DNA of 64,000 nt from Gloeobacterales cyanobacterium. Its GTDB lineage: Bacteria > Cyanobacteriota > Cyanobacteriia > Gloeobacterales > PMM-0068. Numbering within the stretch: the stretch's first letter is position 1; the number at the start of each line of letters is the position of its first letter. Below are positions 21,699 to 31,415 of the stretch, one piece after another. The notes below the pieces were generated by a model. That model was not told the DNA's origin. It saw only the letters and a list, made by a program, of their open reading frames with translations, and did not search any database. The stretch lies in NCBI GenBank assembly GCA_038245785.1, contig JBBRSB010000001.1, positions 288,001 to 352,000 of the forward strand, read 5' to 3'. The translations under genes were made by a program, and so were the position numbers.

Positions 21699-22871
21699 TC
21701 AAAAGAAATCTGGCATCCAAGGCAGACTTCCTGAGAATAGTCTTGTAGCAATGGACAGAGTTTCCTCTGTAGCTTTTAGCTGACCTGTCCACTGCAACTG
21801 CTGAGGGGTGAATAATCCCGTATAGAGGGGTGACAATCCTCGAATATTTAGCTGTAAATCTCCTCTGCCTCCTTTAGTGACTTCACCCTGCCCCTCTGCT
21901 ACTTTTAAGATGAATTTTCCACTATTTTGAGTTAGCAAATCATCTTCAATTTCTAGATGTAATTCTGCTGATATGTTCTTTGGATAACCTCGCTTTTCTA
22001 AGGCTTTTTGAACATTTACAATGCGTAGCATCCAATGTCCCAAATTGCGAATTTTTGCGGTTCGTTCATTAAGTGAGAAAGAGAGCGTGTCAAAGCTGGA
22101 ATGCTGCCAGCGCACTTTTCCCACTATGGACCGATGGTCTGCTATAAAGCTCCAGAACCTCTGAATTGCTGCAGGAGTGAGTAATGCCCAATCCTTGATA
22201 TGCATATAGATACTATTGTTCTCCTGATGTTGACTGAAGATGATATAGCCCTCTGGATGAGCTTCTTCTCCGATGAGATAAGCATAGACAGGTGGTTCCA
22301 GAATGCCCTTCCAAATAGCTTGATTCCGCTCTAAGTATCCATTGTTCGCTTTTGCTTGCTGGGTATAGAGGTTGGTGAAGATCTGGTGATTTAGATGGGC
22401 ATTTTGTACAGGAATGACGGGCAGGGCGCGGTCTTTGAGATTAATACTGTCCGTCTTTATTTCCCAATCACAGCGCATGCCTCCTTGTTCATAGCCCACC
22501 TGTCGATAGAAGTATTGCGTGGCTGGATAAAGAGAAGAAAGGGGTGTTCCCTGAGCGTAAAGCTCTAGGAGCATCTGTTGCATCAAGGCCAACGCAGCAC
22601 CGGAGCCGCGATGCTCGGGTGCAACGCCAACGGCAGCGATGCCCGCCATCGGAATACACTGCTCCCCAAACCACTGCCCCATCTGCAAGATGGCCAATCC
22701 GCCAACAATTTGCTCTGACCGACGGATAGTCCGAAAGTTTTCTAATCCCACCCGAGCGCAATAAGCTGCTGCTGCCTCTGGTGAACTGTTAAAGCATTGC
22801 TGAAGAATTGCCCCTAAGATCTGACTGTCTTCAGGACTGGAAATAGGGCCATACTCAAATCGAGATGCCAT
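21699..22871 (-). CDS. Eis-family GNAT acetyltransferase
   Basis: GIAAVGVAPEHRGSG, SSLYP...FYRQVGYE, SCP2-like C-terminus ending PWMPDFF; start moved to MASRF. Confidence 0.9.
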   Translation of the reverse strand: MASRFEYGPISSPEDSQILGAILQQCFNSSPEAAAAYCARVGLENFRTIRRSEQIVGGLAILQMGQWFGEQCIPMAGIAAVGVAPEHRGSGAALALMQQMLLELYAQGTPLSSLYPATQYFYRQVGYEQGGMRCDWEIKTDSINLKDRALPVIPVQNAHLNHQIFTNLYTQQAKANNGYLERNQAIWKGILEPPVYAYLIGEEAHPEGYIIFSQHQENNSIYMHIKDWALLTPAAIQRFWSFIADHRSIVGKVRWQHSSFDTLSFSLNERTAKIRNLGHWMLRIVNVQKALEKRGYPKNISAELHLEIEDDLLTQNSGKFILKVAEGQGEVTKGGRGDLQLNIRGLSPLYTGLFTPQQLQWTGQLKATEETLSIATRLFSGSLPWMPDFF

Positions 22872-22982
22872 AGAATTCCTCAAGCGGCTTATTACAAAAA
22901 GTCTAACGGGTGCTCGATTCACACACTTCTCGGACACCACCAACGGCATTAAACAAAAGGACAGATCGTTAGGTTGCTGAGG

Positions 22983-23396
22983 TTAGATCTTAGTAGACGT
23001 ACTCTGCATCACAGTGGGTCCGGTAGGATAACGGCCAGATTCAGACGCTTCCAATGTCACGAATAAACTGGAACTGCCTGTGTCATAAAAGTCAGCAGGC
23101 ATCCAGAATTTCTCCAGCACCTTCCCTTGGAGGTTGGTCTTTAGGGTGCCACAGGGAATCTTTTCGCCATCGGCGATCGCCCACAGCCGATGGACCTTAC
23201 CTGCCGGAGGAGCTGCCAGATTTTGCACGGTAAGAATCCCCTGCCGCTGCCCCAGATTCACCACAAAGCTACCCGAAGCGGTATCTGTCACATTCATCGC
23301 CTTGAGCGAGAAAAGTTGCGTCTGGGACTGTTGCAGGAGGGCGTTGATATCCTGGGCCCTGTTGCTTTCATTGCTGTCCCGCTTTTCGTCGGTCAC
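22983..23396 (-). pseudogene. Anti-sigma-K (RskA) C-terminal domain fragment, no TM or N-terminal region
   Basis: LAAPPAGKVHRLWAI..., LFVTLE...PTGPTVM; no sigma factor nearby. Confidence 0.6.
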
Positions 23397-23659
23397 TGTG
23401 TTGAGCGGTCATATCCATCAGGTAATTCAACGCAGCGAAGGCAATATTCGTTTTCACACGGCGTCGACAACCGCCTATCCTCTACCCGCCCCAGGCAACG
23501 GTGAGCAGCCCACTCCCGTAAAGCTCCCCGAAAAAAATCTGTTGGCGATACTAAGATTTCGTACAGTTGAAGTGATTGCAGGGAAGAATGCCAAAGTTGG
23601 CCAACATTCTCTGGGATAGAGGCAATAGCCAAGTTCTGGATGGTGAATTTGATTTCAAT

Positions 23660-24424
23660 TTAAACAGCCACAGCGACTGCAGATTCAATTGGCTGGTAAA
23701 TCGAACTCGAAAATGGATGGAAGCCCTCTGGCCAACGTGCTGTCAGTTTGCAAAGCAAACGGAACTGAATAGGAGTAGGGGGTAGATTGACACGTTCAAC
23801 TGTTACTTTTACAGACTGTTCAGCTCCTGAAGGTTGTCTTAGTAGTTTAAAGACATCATCTAAGAGATATCGAGGGCAATAACCAGCGTTGTAACCATCC
23901 TCTGTGCGTAGTAGCAAAGCGTGTTTGTCATGAGGATTTTGAAAGTCATGCATGAGCAACAGGGAGTCACCTGAACTTAAACCCTGAAGTCTAAGTTGAC
24001 TCTCCGCTGGTCGGTGCCGAATCCCATGAACAAAGAAATAAAGATGGTAAGATCCCTCGTTATCTGGCTCGGGCGAAGGAAAGACTTCAAAATTATCAGT
24101 TGCTCGCTGTCCCCCACTACGGCCCAGTAGCGTAATTTCATCCTTCTCTTCAGGAGAGATGTTTAACCATTGGATGAAATCTGGGTAGTCTGGTCGTGAG
24201 GGACGCAGAATACGATTGGCAAACAGAGGAAATAGTTCTGGTGATTCGTAAACCCTGTTCAAATCTGGGAATAGCCATAACGGTTGGAAACCACATTGTT
24301 TTTGCGCTTCCTGTGCACCGTTGACATAAACAAATCGGTACGTAGCGCCATCAGAAGTTAATCTCCCAATGGGGAACCATGAGCGACTCGACTGATCCTG
24401 CCAAGCTAGATACAGAGTTTTCAA
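23660..24424 (-). CDS. HipA-N/HipS-like plus HIRAN domain protein
   Basis: N-terminal IGRL..Y.F.Y..LFPLFANRI..RPDY; C-terminal FFVHGIRH..GDSLLLMHDFQNPHDKHAL..GYCPR (HIRAN); TTG start overlaps the kinase stop. Confidence 0.85.
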   Translation of the reverse strand: MKTLYLAWQDQSSRSWFPIGRLTSDGATYRFVYVNGAQEAQKQCGFQPLWLFPDLNRVYESPELFPLFANRILRPSRPDYPDFIQWLNISPEEKDEITLLGRSGGQRATDNFEVFPSPEPDNEGSYHLYFFVHGIRHRPAESQLRLQGLSSGDSLLLMHDFQNPHDKHALLLRTEDGYNAGYCPRYLLDDVFKLLRQPSGAEQSVKVTVERVNLPPTPIQFRLLCKLTARWPEGFHPFSSSIYQPIESAVAVAV

Positions 24425-25338
24425 GATAATTTCTCCCGCAAGTCAAGCAGGCTATGTTGGTTCATTTCTAACACTTTCTGAGCAAAATCGATGGCTGTTT
24501 TTGAGATTCGTGCTGATGGAATTCGCTGGAGGAGTTCCATTGTATCAGTTGTTGAAACATCCTCTAAACGCCCAAGCCATGCTCGTGCGGCACCAGGGTA
24601 ACGCTTTGCCGCATCATGGAATGCGACAAGTGTGAACATCGCTTTTTTATCACCATCCTGAACGTACAGTGCCGACCTGCATTTAGCCACATATTTGTGA
24701 ACAGAGTTTTCATTGAGCATTATTTCGCGTTTACTGTCCTGCAATTCCCGACCAAGACAGGAAGCATGGTCATAGCTAGACGCCAGATGATACATAGTTG
24801 AGGCTTCCCCAGATCTAGCAAGAAATCCCCAGTTTTCGTGGTGTCTATCAGTGTTTCCAATCCATGCATCTAAGAGGAGATACCCTAGGAAGACTTCTAC
24901 TGCAGTTGTTATTCCATTAGGAGGTGCCCAGCCAAGAGGTAGCTGCACCACTTCACTTCCAATAACATCTAGCACAATGTCAAGCGTATGTTGCGACACT
25001 TTAAAGGTTCGATCTGTGGGATAGCTTAGATCACGCCTAGCCAAAATTTCATTGCCATGAACGAGAGCATTACCCTCATGAATTAGAGAAGGAGATACGA
25101 TGCCAAACGCTCCATTATGAATGGCTAACTCATAACGAGCGTGAGGTAATCCCAGCCACTCACACAGTTCCGAAGCTATTTTCTCAGACCAGTCTTCCCC
25201 CGTATTGGGCCGAGCTTCTTTATAGAGGCAATAACCCAGTTCTGAGTGGTGAAACCAAAATTTGTCCTTGGTTCCCATTGCTTCAATTTCCTCAGCAGCA
25301 TCAATAGGAACATCGATAATGGGAAATTGGTTATCCAC
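24421..25338 (-). CDS. HipA-like Ser/Thr kinase (catalytic core only)
   Basis: GTKDKFW loop, LYKE, EDWSEKIASEL, DAWIGNTDRHHENWG, LASSYDHASCLG. Confidence 0.88.
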   Translation of the reverse strand: MDNQFPIIDVPIDAAEEIEAMGTKDKFWFHHSELGYCLYKEARPNTGEDWSEKIASELCEWLGLPHARYELAIHNGAFGIVSPSLIHEGNALVHGNEILARRDLSYPTDRTFKVSQHTLDIVLDVIGSEVVQLPLGWAPPNGITTAVEVFLGYLLLDAWIGNTDRHHENWGFLARSGEASTMYHLASSYDHASCLGRELQDSKREIMLNENSVHKYVAKCRSALYVQDGDKKAMFTLVAFHDAAKRYPGAARAWLGRLEDVSTTDTMELLQRIPSARISKTAIDFAQKVLEMNQHSLLDLREKLS

Positions 25339-25395
25339 ATGGCCTCGTGCTGTTTTGTCCGATGCAAGTATGCCCTATCTGACGGTGTAAAACGT

Positions 25396-25665
25396 ATGAA
25401 CGTTATTCTCTACAGCAAACCAGGCTGTCACCTTTGCGAAGGAATGCAAGAAAAACTCAGCGCTGTCCAGAGCTTTTGGCCCTTTGAGCTAGAAATAAGA
25501 GATATATTGACCAATCCTGAATGGTTTGAGCGATATCAGTACACTATTCCCGTAATTCAAGTGGGCGATAAAATTCTTCCACCACAACCGCCCCACATTC
25601 CGGTACAACAGTTGCAGCGGTTGCTTGTGAGGATGAAGGATGCGGCTGAAGGAACTACTCCATAA
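25396..25665 (+). CDS. Glutaredoxin-like protein (DUF836)
   Basis: LYSKPGCHLCE, RYQYTIPV; start at MNVILY. Confidence 0.85.
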   Translation: MNVILYSKPGCHLCEGMQEKLSAVQSFWPFELEIRDILTNPEWFERYQYTIPVIQVGDKILPPQPPHIPVQQLQRLLVRMKDAAEGTTP

Positions 25666-27106
25666 AGCGGGTTTAAATCAATTAGTAGATGGGATAGTAG
25701 ACGAAGAGATTTTGGGGTTGACGACCGATTCGCGGGCGGTGAAACCAGGAGATTTATTCATCGGTTTGCCAGGAACTAAAGTAGATGGCGGTGAATTTTG
25801 GGCTCAAGCCGTTGCCCAAGGAGCTAGGGCGCTGGTACTCAGTGAAGGGATTAAGGCAGAAAGTTCGCTACCCACGGTTCATGACTCGGACATATCCGCA
25901 CTGTGTGGGCGTCTTGCCAGCGCATTCTATGATTTCCCTGCCCAGAAATTGGCCTTGGCCGGAGTGACCGGGACTAATGGCAAAACAACAACAACCTATC
26001 TTTTAGAGCATCTGCTCAATAGTAGTGGTCATAAATCAGCCCTTCTTGGCACCTTAGTCGCCCGCTGGCCTGGATTTAGTCAGGTGGCCCAACATACCAC
26101 TCCCTTCTCCGTTGATATTCAGAAGACCTTAGCCCAGGCTGTTGAGGCGGGTTGCACCCATGGCGTCATGGAAGTAAGTTCCCATGCCTTGGCCCAAAAG
26201 CGAGTCTACCCCCTTACCTTTAAGACCGCTGTCTTTACGAACCTTACCCAAGACCATTTGGACTACCACCCGACGATGGAGGATTATTTCCAAGCAAAGG
26301 CGCTCCTCTTTAGTCCGGAATACCTCCAAGGACCAGGGATTATTAATCGAGATGATCTCTACGGTCAGCGTCTCTTGGAAGGTTCTGACCATATTTCCTA
26401 TGGCCTGACCTCAGAGGCAGACATCTATGCCCGAGATTTGACCCTTGCGCCCCAAGGTATGCAGGGAACCCTGGTTACACCACAAGGAACGGCCCTATTT
26501 CAGGCTCCCCTGGTCGGCCAGTTTAATTTATATAATCTCTTAGGAGCCGTCGGAGGGGCTTTGTCCCTGGGCCTAGATCTGGAGCAGATTATTGAAGGGT
26601 TAACGAACTTTGCTGGAGTGCCTGGACGAATGGAGCGCGTCACAAGCCTAGAAGATGACATCACAGTTCTCGTCGACTATGCCCACACTCCAGATGGTTT
26701 GAAAAGTTTGCTGGAAGCAGCACGACCCTTTATTCCTGGCCGTTTAATCTGTGTCTTTGGCTGTGGCGGAGACCGAGACAGAAGCAAGCGCCCAAAAATG
26801 GGAGCGATTACGGCTGAGTTGGCCGATGTCTTGGTCGTTACTTCCGATAATCCACGAACAGAAGATTCACAGAGAATTCTGGATGATGTGATGACGGGGA
26901 TTTCTACCACAAAACCTGTGCTGGTCCAGGTAGACCGCCGTCTTGCCATAGAAGAAGCGATTGTCCAAGCTAAACCAGGAGATGGCATCGTCATTGCAGG
27001 AAAAGGCCATGAAGATTATCAAATCCTTGGCACCATCAAATATCCCTTCGACGACCGCGAAGAAAGCCGTAAAGCGTTGAAGCTAAGAGCGAACCATTCG
27101 GGTTAA
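25640..27106 (+). CDS. murE: UDP-MurNAc-tripeptide synthetase
   Basis: GVTGTNGKTT, MEVSSH, NLTQDHLDYH, DYAHTPD, SDNPR, AGKGHE. Confidence 0.98.
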   Translation: MRLKELLHKAGLNQLVDGIVDEEILGLTTDSRAVKPGDLFIGLPGTKVDGGEFWAQAVAQGARALVLSEGIKAESSLPTVHDSDISALCGRLASAFYDFPAQKLALAGVTGTNGKTTTTYLLEHLLNSSGHKSALLGTLVARWPGFSQVAQHTTPFSVDIQKTLAQAVEAGCTHGVMEVSSHALAQKRVYPLTFKTAVFTNLTQDHLDYHPTMEDYFQAKALLFSPEYLQGPGIINRDDLYGQRLLEGSDHISYGLTSEADIYARDLTLAPQGMQGTLVTPQGTALFQAPLVGQFNLYNLLGAVGGALSLGLDLEQIIEGLTNFAGVPGRMERVTSLEDDITVLVDYAHTPDGLKSLLEAARPFIPGRLICVFGCGGDRDRSKRPKMGAITAELADVLVVTSDNPRTEDSQRILDDVMTGISTTKPVLVQVDRRLAIEEAIVQAKPGDGIVIAGKGHEDYQILGTIKYPFDDREESRKALKLRANHSG

Positions 27107-27607
27107 TTCCCGAAGACGGTCAATAACAGGACCATAGGGATCCTCAAGCGATGTTTTTTCTAGGACACTGCTTGCGCTCGAGGAGACTTTGGCTTGTAAC
27201 ATTTCTTGAACTTCTGGATGTAGACCAATGGGGAAACTAGAGCTGGCATAGAAAGCTTTAGACTTTTTAGATACCGTTGACTTTGATCTACTTGGTGCTG
27301 GAGACATGGGATCAATAGGTTTGACAATAGGCTCCCAATCCAAGCCTAAAATCATCCGTTTGAATTCACGGTCAAAATTGCAGCGGGGTTCTCCTCTGCG
27401 CTCCCAGAATCTTAAAATTTGTTCTACAGAGGCAACTTTATATCGGCCCTGATAAGCAGCCTGAACCACTGCCAGGGGAATCCACTCGGAAGAGAATGTC
27501 TCCTGCCAAGCACTTAATATTTTGGATAAACCAGGACTACTGATTCCCTCAAACCTAAATTTCGAAAGAGTTTCATGTATGTTGATAGCTTCTGATGTAT
27601 CGCTCAC
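27083..27607 (-). CDS. Conserved cyanobacterial hypothetical protein
   Basis: WIPLAVVQAAYQGRYKVASVEQILRFWERRGEP motif. Confidence 0.75.
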   Translation of the reverse strand: MSDTSEAINIHETLSKFRFEGISSPGLSKILSAWQETFSSEWIPLAVVQAAYQGRYKVASVEQILRFWERRGEPRCNFDREFKRMILGLDWEPIVKPIDPMSPAPSRSKSTVSKKSKAFYASSSFPIGLHPEVQEMLQAKVSSSASSVLEKTSLEDPYGPVIDRLRELTRMVRS

Positions 27608-27908
27608 TGGACGTACAACTCCTTTTCAATTTACTGCAATGGTCAACAGTCTAACTAAAATAGATTGTCAAACTAGCATTGCGCTAAACGAGATTTAAGC
27701 ATACCTTAACTTGTCCCTCTTGGTTGTCAACTCTGCAACAACAATAAACAAAGTAAGCTGTGAATTTTTTGCAAAGAAATATAGACTGTTTTCTTAAGAA
27801 TATCAGCCTAAACTACGGCAAAAAAGGGTAGCACCCGGAAAGTATAACAATAATGAGCTGTAAGCGTGTTTGCTGGGCCCCTAGAAAATGTCAAAATATG
27901 CCTAATCG

Positions 27909-28847
27909 GTGAGGCTTTTCGTGACTGTATCAGCATTTGGTGGATTTGAATCGCAGTCTATTGACCTGGAGCATATCCAAGTGGTCATTATTCCTGTTCC
28001 TTATCAAGCGGCCCTCAATCAGGCCACCAGTCAGGGTCCGCAGGCGATCCTATCCGCCAGCCGCAATCTGGACCTATTTGATGAGGAATTAGGCTATGAG
28101 CCCTACCAGGTGGGTATCGCAACGGCTTCAGCCTTTTGGGATGAGCCCCCCTTTGCCCGCACCGAACAGGCCACGATGGAGGTACTCAAGCAGGGCAAGT
28201 TCCCGATTTTGATCGGGGGAGAGCAGGCCTTGAGTATTGGGGCTATCCGTGCTGCCTGGAAACAATATCCAAACCTATGCGTGGTGCATGTGGATGCCCG
28301 TCTCGATCTAGTCTCTGGAGAAGACCCCTATGCTTCCAGGTCTGTCATGGCCCGCGTCCATGGATTAGGAATCCCTCTGGTACAGGTGGGGATTCGGGCT
28401 CTGAGCATGGATGAATCTCAGTGGTTGTCTTCGCCTGCAGGACTTGGCAATACCGTGTTTTGGGCAAGAGACTTTGTCGATCACTGTCCGGTAAAAGATA
28501 GCACCAAGGCTTGGGATATGAATAAGGTTGTAGAGGCTATCCCCAAGGATGCTCCGGTCTTCTTAACCGTCGATTTACATGGGCTGGACCCCAGCATGTT
28601 GCCTGCCATCTATGCTCCAGTCCCTGGGGGAATAACCTGGTACCCGATGCTTCGACTTCTGCGGCACCTGTGTGAAGCCCGAAATGTAGTAGCTGCAGAT
28701 TTCTTGGAACTGATGCCGATGGTTGGTCAGGAGCAGTGCGATGCGCTCGTGGCCCGGCTTATCTATAAGCTGATTGGCTATCGCTTTAACGCCACGCAAA
28801 AAAAACCAGCAGCTCCGAGCAAAACGAAAGCGTCCCGCTCGAAATAA
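27909..28847 (+). CDS. Agmatinase/ureohydrolase-family protein with altered metal ligands
   Basis: PVPY, GPQAIL.AS, GGEQ, DARLD, VGIR, DLHGLDPS, PVPGG. Confidence 0.85.
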   Translation: MRLFVTVSAFGGFESQSIDLEHIQVVIIPVPYQAALNQATSQGPQAILSASRNLDLFDEELGYEPYQVGIATASAFWDEPPFARTEQATMEVLKQGKFPILIGGEQALSIGAIRAAWKQYPNLCVVHVDARLDLVSGEDPYASRSVMARVHGLGIPLVQVGIRALSMDESQWLSSPAGLGNTVFWARDFVDHCPVKDSTKAWDMNKVVEAIPKDAPVFLTVDLHGLDPSMLPAIYAPVPGGITWYPMLRLLRHLCEARNVVAADFLELMPMVGQEQCDALVARLIYKLIGYRFNATQKKPAAPSKTKASRSK

Positions 28848-28872
28848 CCGAGCAGGACGCTTTCAAAAGACT

Positions 28873-28968
28873 TAAGTAGATAGGTGGGTGGTCTTAACCC
28901 CCGGCTATCGCCGTCCCCCTTATCAAGGGGGACTATAGGGGGTCTTCTTAATTCCACCTATCTACTTA
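28873..28968. mobile_element. MITE-like element with 15-bp terminal inverted repeats and TA ends
   Basis: TAAGTAGATAGGTGG (28873-28887) pairs with CCACCTATCTACTTA (28954-28968); internal hairpin GTCCCCCTTATCAAGGGGGAC. Confidence 0.75.
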
Positions 28969-29289
28969 CTTCGTTTCTACAAGCTCTCTGGCCTCAGCTT
29001 CCTCAGGCGCTGTATGCACAGGAAACTCTTCTAGATTGACTTCTGCCGCCGTTGCCGGAGGAATAGCTTGCTTCTGCATCACCCAGAAAGCGGCGGAGGC
29101 AAGACCAAAAATCACAGCGGTACTGATCAGGGTTGAAGGGTTGTTGAACCAGCTTATGAAGAATCCACCGCCGCCAGAGCTTCCAGAGCCCAAGGCCTGT
29201 GTGGAATTCAGAGACTGCGTTAAGGGACATGCAATGATATCCAACATAGGCATACCTACATAAAAAGCATAGTTAGCAGTTTGCCACAC
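28966..29289 (-). CDS. Small hypothetical membrane protein
   Basis: 107-aa ORF with a hydrophobic segment and acidic tail. Confidence 0.5.
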   Translation of the reverse strand: MWQTANYAFYVGMPMLDIIACPLTQSLNSTQALGSGSSGGGGFFISWFNNPSTLISTAVIFGLASAAFWVMQKQAIPPATAAEVNLEEFPVHTAPEEAEARELVETK

Positions 29290-29363
29290 TTATTTAGGAT
29301 TGGCTCAGATCTTGATAGATCTATTTTTTGTGTTGCTTATGCTACACAATTTACACTTCAAAT

Positions 29364-30182
29364 CTAAAGTTTTAGAAAATCTCGGATGTGCGCGTAATAA
29401 GCTTGTGGTTCTTCCAACATGGGGAAATGGCCACTCTGTTTCATGAGGGCAAAAGTCATCGCGGGATTTGCTACTAATGCCTTTCTGGCCAACTTTTCTG
29501 GGATGATTTGGTCATGGGCTCCCGCAAATAATAGGGTTGGCATTTTAAGCTGGGCAAACTCTTTCGGTAGCTCTTCAGCGGCATATTTGCTAACAGAGCT
29601 ATAGAGCGTTCCCATCGCTGCCTCTTGATTGCATAGTACGTAGTCTTCCAAAAATTCTTTAGGAAAGGGATTGGGCAAAGATTTATGGACAAACCGCTGT
29701 TGAAATAAGAAAGGGGCCAGGGGGACTTTGACTAACCATGAGGGTCTAAAGCCAACGACGATGCGGCTAAAGAAGTAAAACAGTTCAAAAGCGACCTTGT
29801 TGTAGTCATAGACTCCTGAGCAGGTAAGAATCAGTTTCTGCACTCTTTCTGGATAATGATTGGCAAAAAGAAGCCCAATAGAAGCTCCCGTGGAGTGGCT
29901 ATTCAAATATATTTTTTCAATCTCTAACTGGTCTAAGATTTCTTTCAAATCCTCTGCATAGGTCGCTAAGTCAAAAGATTCACCCAATTGAGGCGCTTGC
30001 GATTGGCCAAAGCCTCTGAGGTCATAGGTAAGCGTAGAAAGGTCTTTTTGAAAATGGTCTACGGTTCCCTGCCAGTAGCGTTTGGAACCTCCCCAGCCGT
30101 GGACATGAACGAGCACAGGCTGCTGAGGATTGCTTTTTTCAAATTGCACTTCGTGGGGTACACCCCGGACTAAGAGCTTCAT
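29364..30182 (-). CDS. Alpha/beta hydrolase
   Basis: VHGWGG, YDLRGFGQS, SHSTG, HDQII, GHFPMLE. Confidence 0.9.
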   Translation of the reverse strand: MKLLVRGVPHEVQFEKSNPQQPVLVHVHGWGGSKRYWQGTVDHFQKDLSTLTYDLRGFGQSQAPQLGESFDLATYAEDLKEILDQLEIEKIYLNSHSTGASIGLLFANHYPERVQKLILTCSGVYDYNKVAFELFYFFSRIVVGFRPSWLVKVPLAPFLFQQRFVHKSLPNPFPKEFLEDYVLCNQEAAMGTLYSSVSKYAAEELPKEFAQLKMPTLLFAGAHDQIIPEKLARKALVANPAMTFALMKQSGHFPMLEEPQAYYAHIRDFLKL

Positions 30183-30472
30183 GATCTAGGGGTATCAAAT
30201 AACTTTTCGATATCTTGAGAAGAAGGGGTTGCGGGGAGAAAGTGTCGAATTACGGTCAGGTGTTCCACCAAACGGAGCCAGAGGGCATTGAACACACCAG
30301 GGTGCAGTCCTTCACAGGTCACTTGGTAGACCTTGGAGTAATCTTCTTCCAGCAAAACCTCGATCTTGCCTTCAAAGATGATGCCATTGTCGGCCAGGTC
30401 ATAGGTCCGGTCATCATCGTAAATGATGTATTGACGCTCCGGGCTTGCGATAATCTGCACCTTTCGTTGCAT
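30179..30472 (-). CDS. Hypothetical protein
   Basis: 97-aa ORF with ATGA coupling to the downstream hydrolase. Confidence 0.65.
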   Translation of the reverse strand: MQRKVQIIASPERQYIIYDDDRTYDLADNGIIFEGKIEVLLEEDYSKVYQVTCEGLHPGVFNALWLRLVEHLTVIRHFLPATPSSQDIEKLFDTPRS

Positions 30473-30633
30473 ACCGCTTCCAATCTGTGGAATCTGTAAA
30501 CTATCTCAGACTAACGCTCCTGATTATGGAAGTGTCTTCCTCTTCAGGTTTTCTTTAATGACCCGTAAGGGCCACGCTTGGGTTCTCGAGATACTGAGAA
30601 GACGCAAACCATGGCTTGCCCCTAAACCGATAC

Positions 30634-30852
30634 CTAACGCAGTTCGTTTCTGGAAAAGTAGCGCTCTAGGTCAGCTTGAGCTTGCTGAGCAGGACTGGCG
30701 GTATTTTGCGCATCCATACGCGGAAGTAGATTTCGGGCTTGGAGTGCCATATGCACGTGAAGGTCGGCAACGTAGGCACTCATCTCTTCTTGAGAGGATC
30801 TTATATTTTGCTCTGCTGAGGACAAGGGGGATACTCCTGATTGCGATGCCAA
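30634..30852 (-). CDS. Small conserved cyanobacterial protein
   Basis: YVADLHVHMALQARNLLP...QAQADLERYFSR pattern. Confidence 0.6.
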   Translation of the reverse strand: MASQSGVSPLSSAEQNIRSSQEEMSAYVADLHVHMALQARNLLPRMDAQNTASPAQQAQADLERYFSRNELR

Positions 30853-30912
30853 ATTAACACGCTCATTCGTACATTGTTTCAGGAATGTAAAAAAGATTTA
30901 CGTTCCTATAAT

Positions 30913-31356
30913 TCATTTACCCTTTTTGGTTCCCAAGAACCCCTTGAGCTTTTCAAAGAAGTTGCCCACCTGAAGCGGACGAACAGCAGGAGTGTATGGA
31001 TCATCTGGAAATTCCACATTCCGGAAGCTGTATTCCATCGGGGGCTTTTCTTTTTTCCAAGCCTTATCCAGTAAAAGGGCGTTCTGATAGAGCTTTTCTT
31101 CCATGTCAAAAATAGCCTTGTTCACCCCAATGCTCGTTTTGGAACCGACCTTCCCTAGCGCTTTCCAGTCTACTGAGGAGCCTTGAGGCCGAGCGAAAAT
31201 TTCAAAAATAGGACCATCTGATTCTTCTAATTGTTTCTTCGCCTTGAAGTCTTCATCGGAGAGCCGAGGCATCATCATCGGTTTTCTTTTCTTGGGGCGA
31301 GGAGAGGGCGCTTCCATGGGTGCGCCAAACCCTTTGCCATTTTTATCTTGGGTCAT
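30913..31356 (-). CDS. HHL1-like cyanobacterial protein
   Basis: KGFG, FEIFAR, W..LG, AIF..EE.L, MEYSFR..EFPDDP. Confidence 0.6.
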   Translation of the reverse strand: MTQDKNGKGFGAPMEAPSPRPKKRKPMMMPRLSDEDFKAKKQLEESDGPIFEIFARPQGSSVDWKALGKVGSKTSIGVNKAIFDMEEKLYQNALLLDKAWKKEKPPMEYSFRNVEFPDDPYTPAVRPLQVGNFFEKLKGFLGTKKGK

Positions 31357-31415
31357 GAATTTAAAAAGTATTGCGGTTTCACTATATTACTGCCTTGGAC
31401 CGCGATCCCAGCGCC

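Noticed and set aside
23393..23632. 79-aa minus-strand ORF as a third gene of the kinase-HIRAN system
   Set aside because: TTG start, no RBS or recognisable motif; more likely debris
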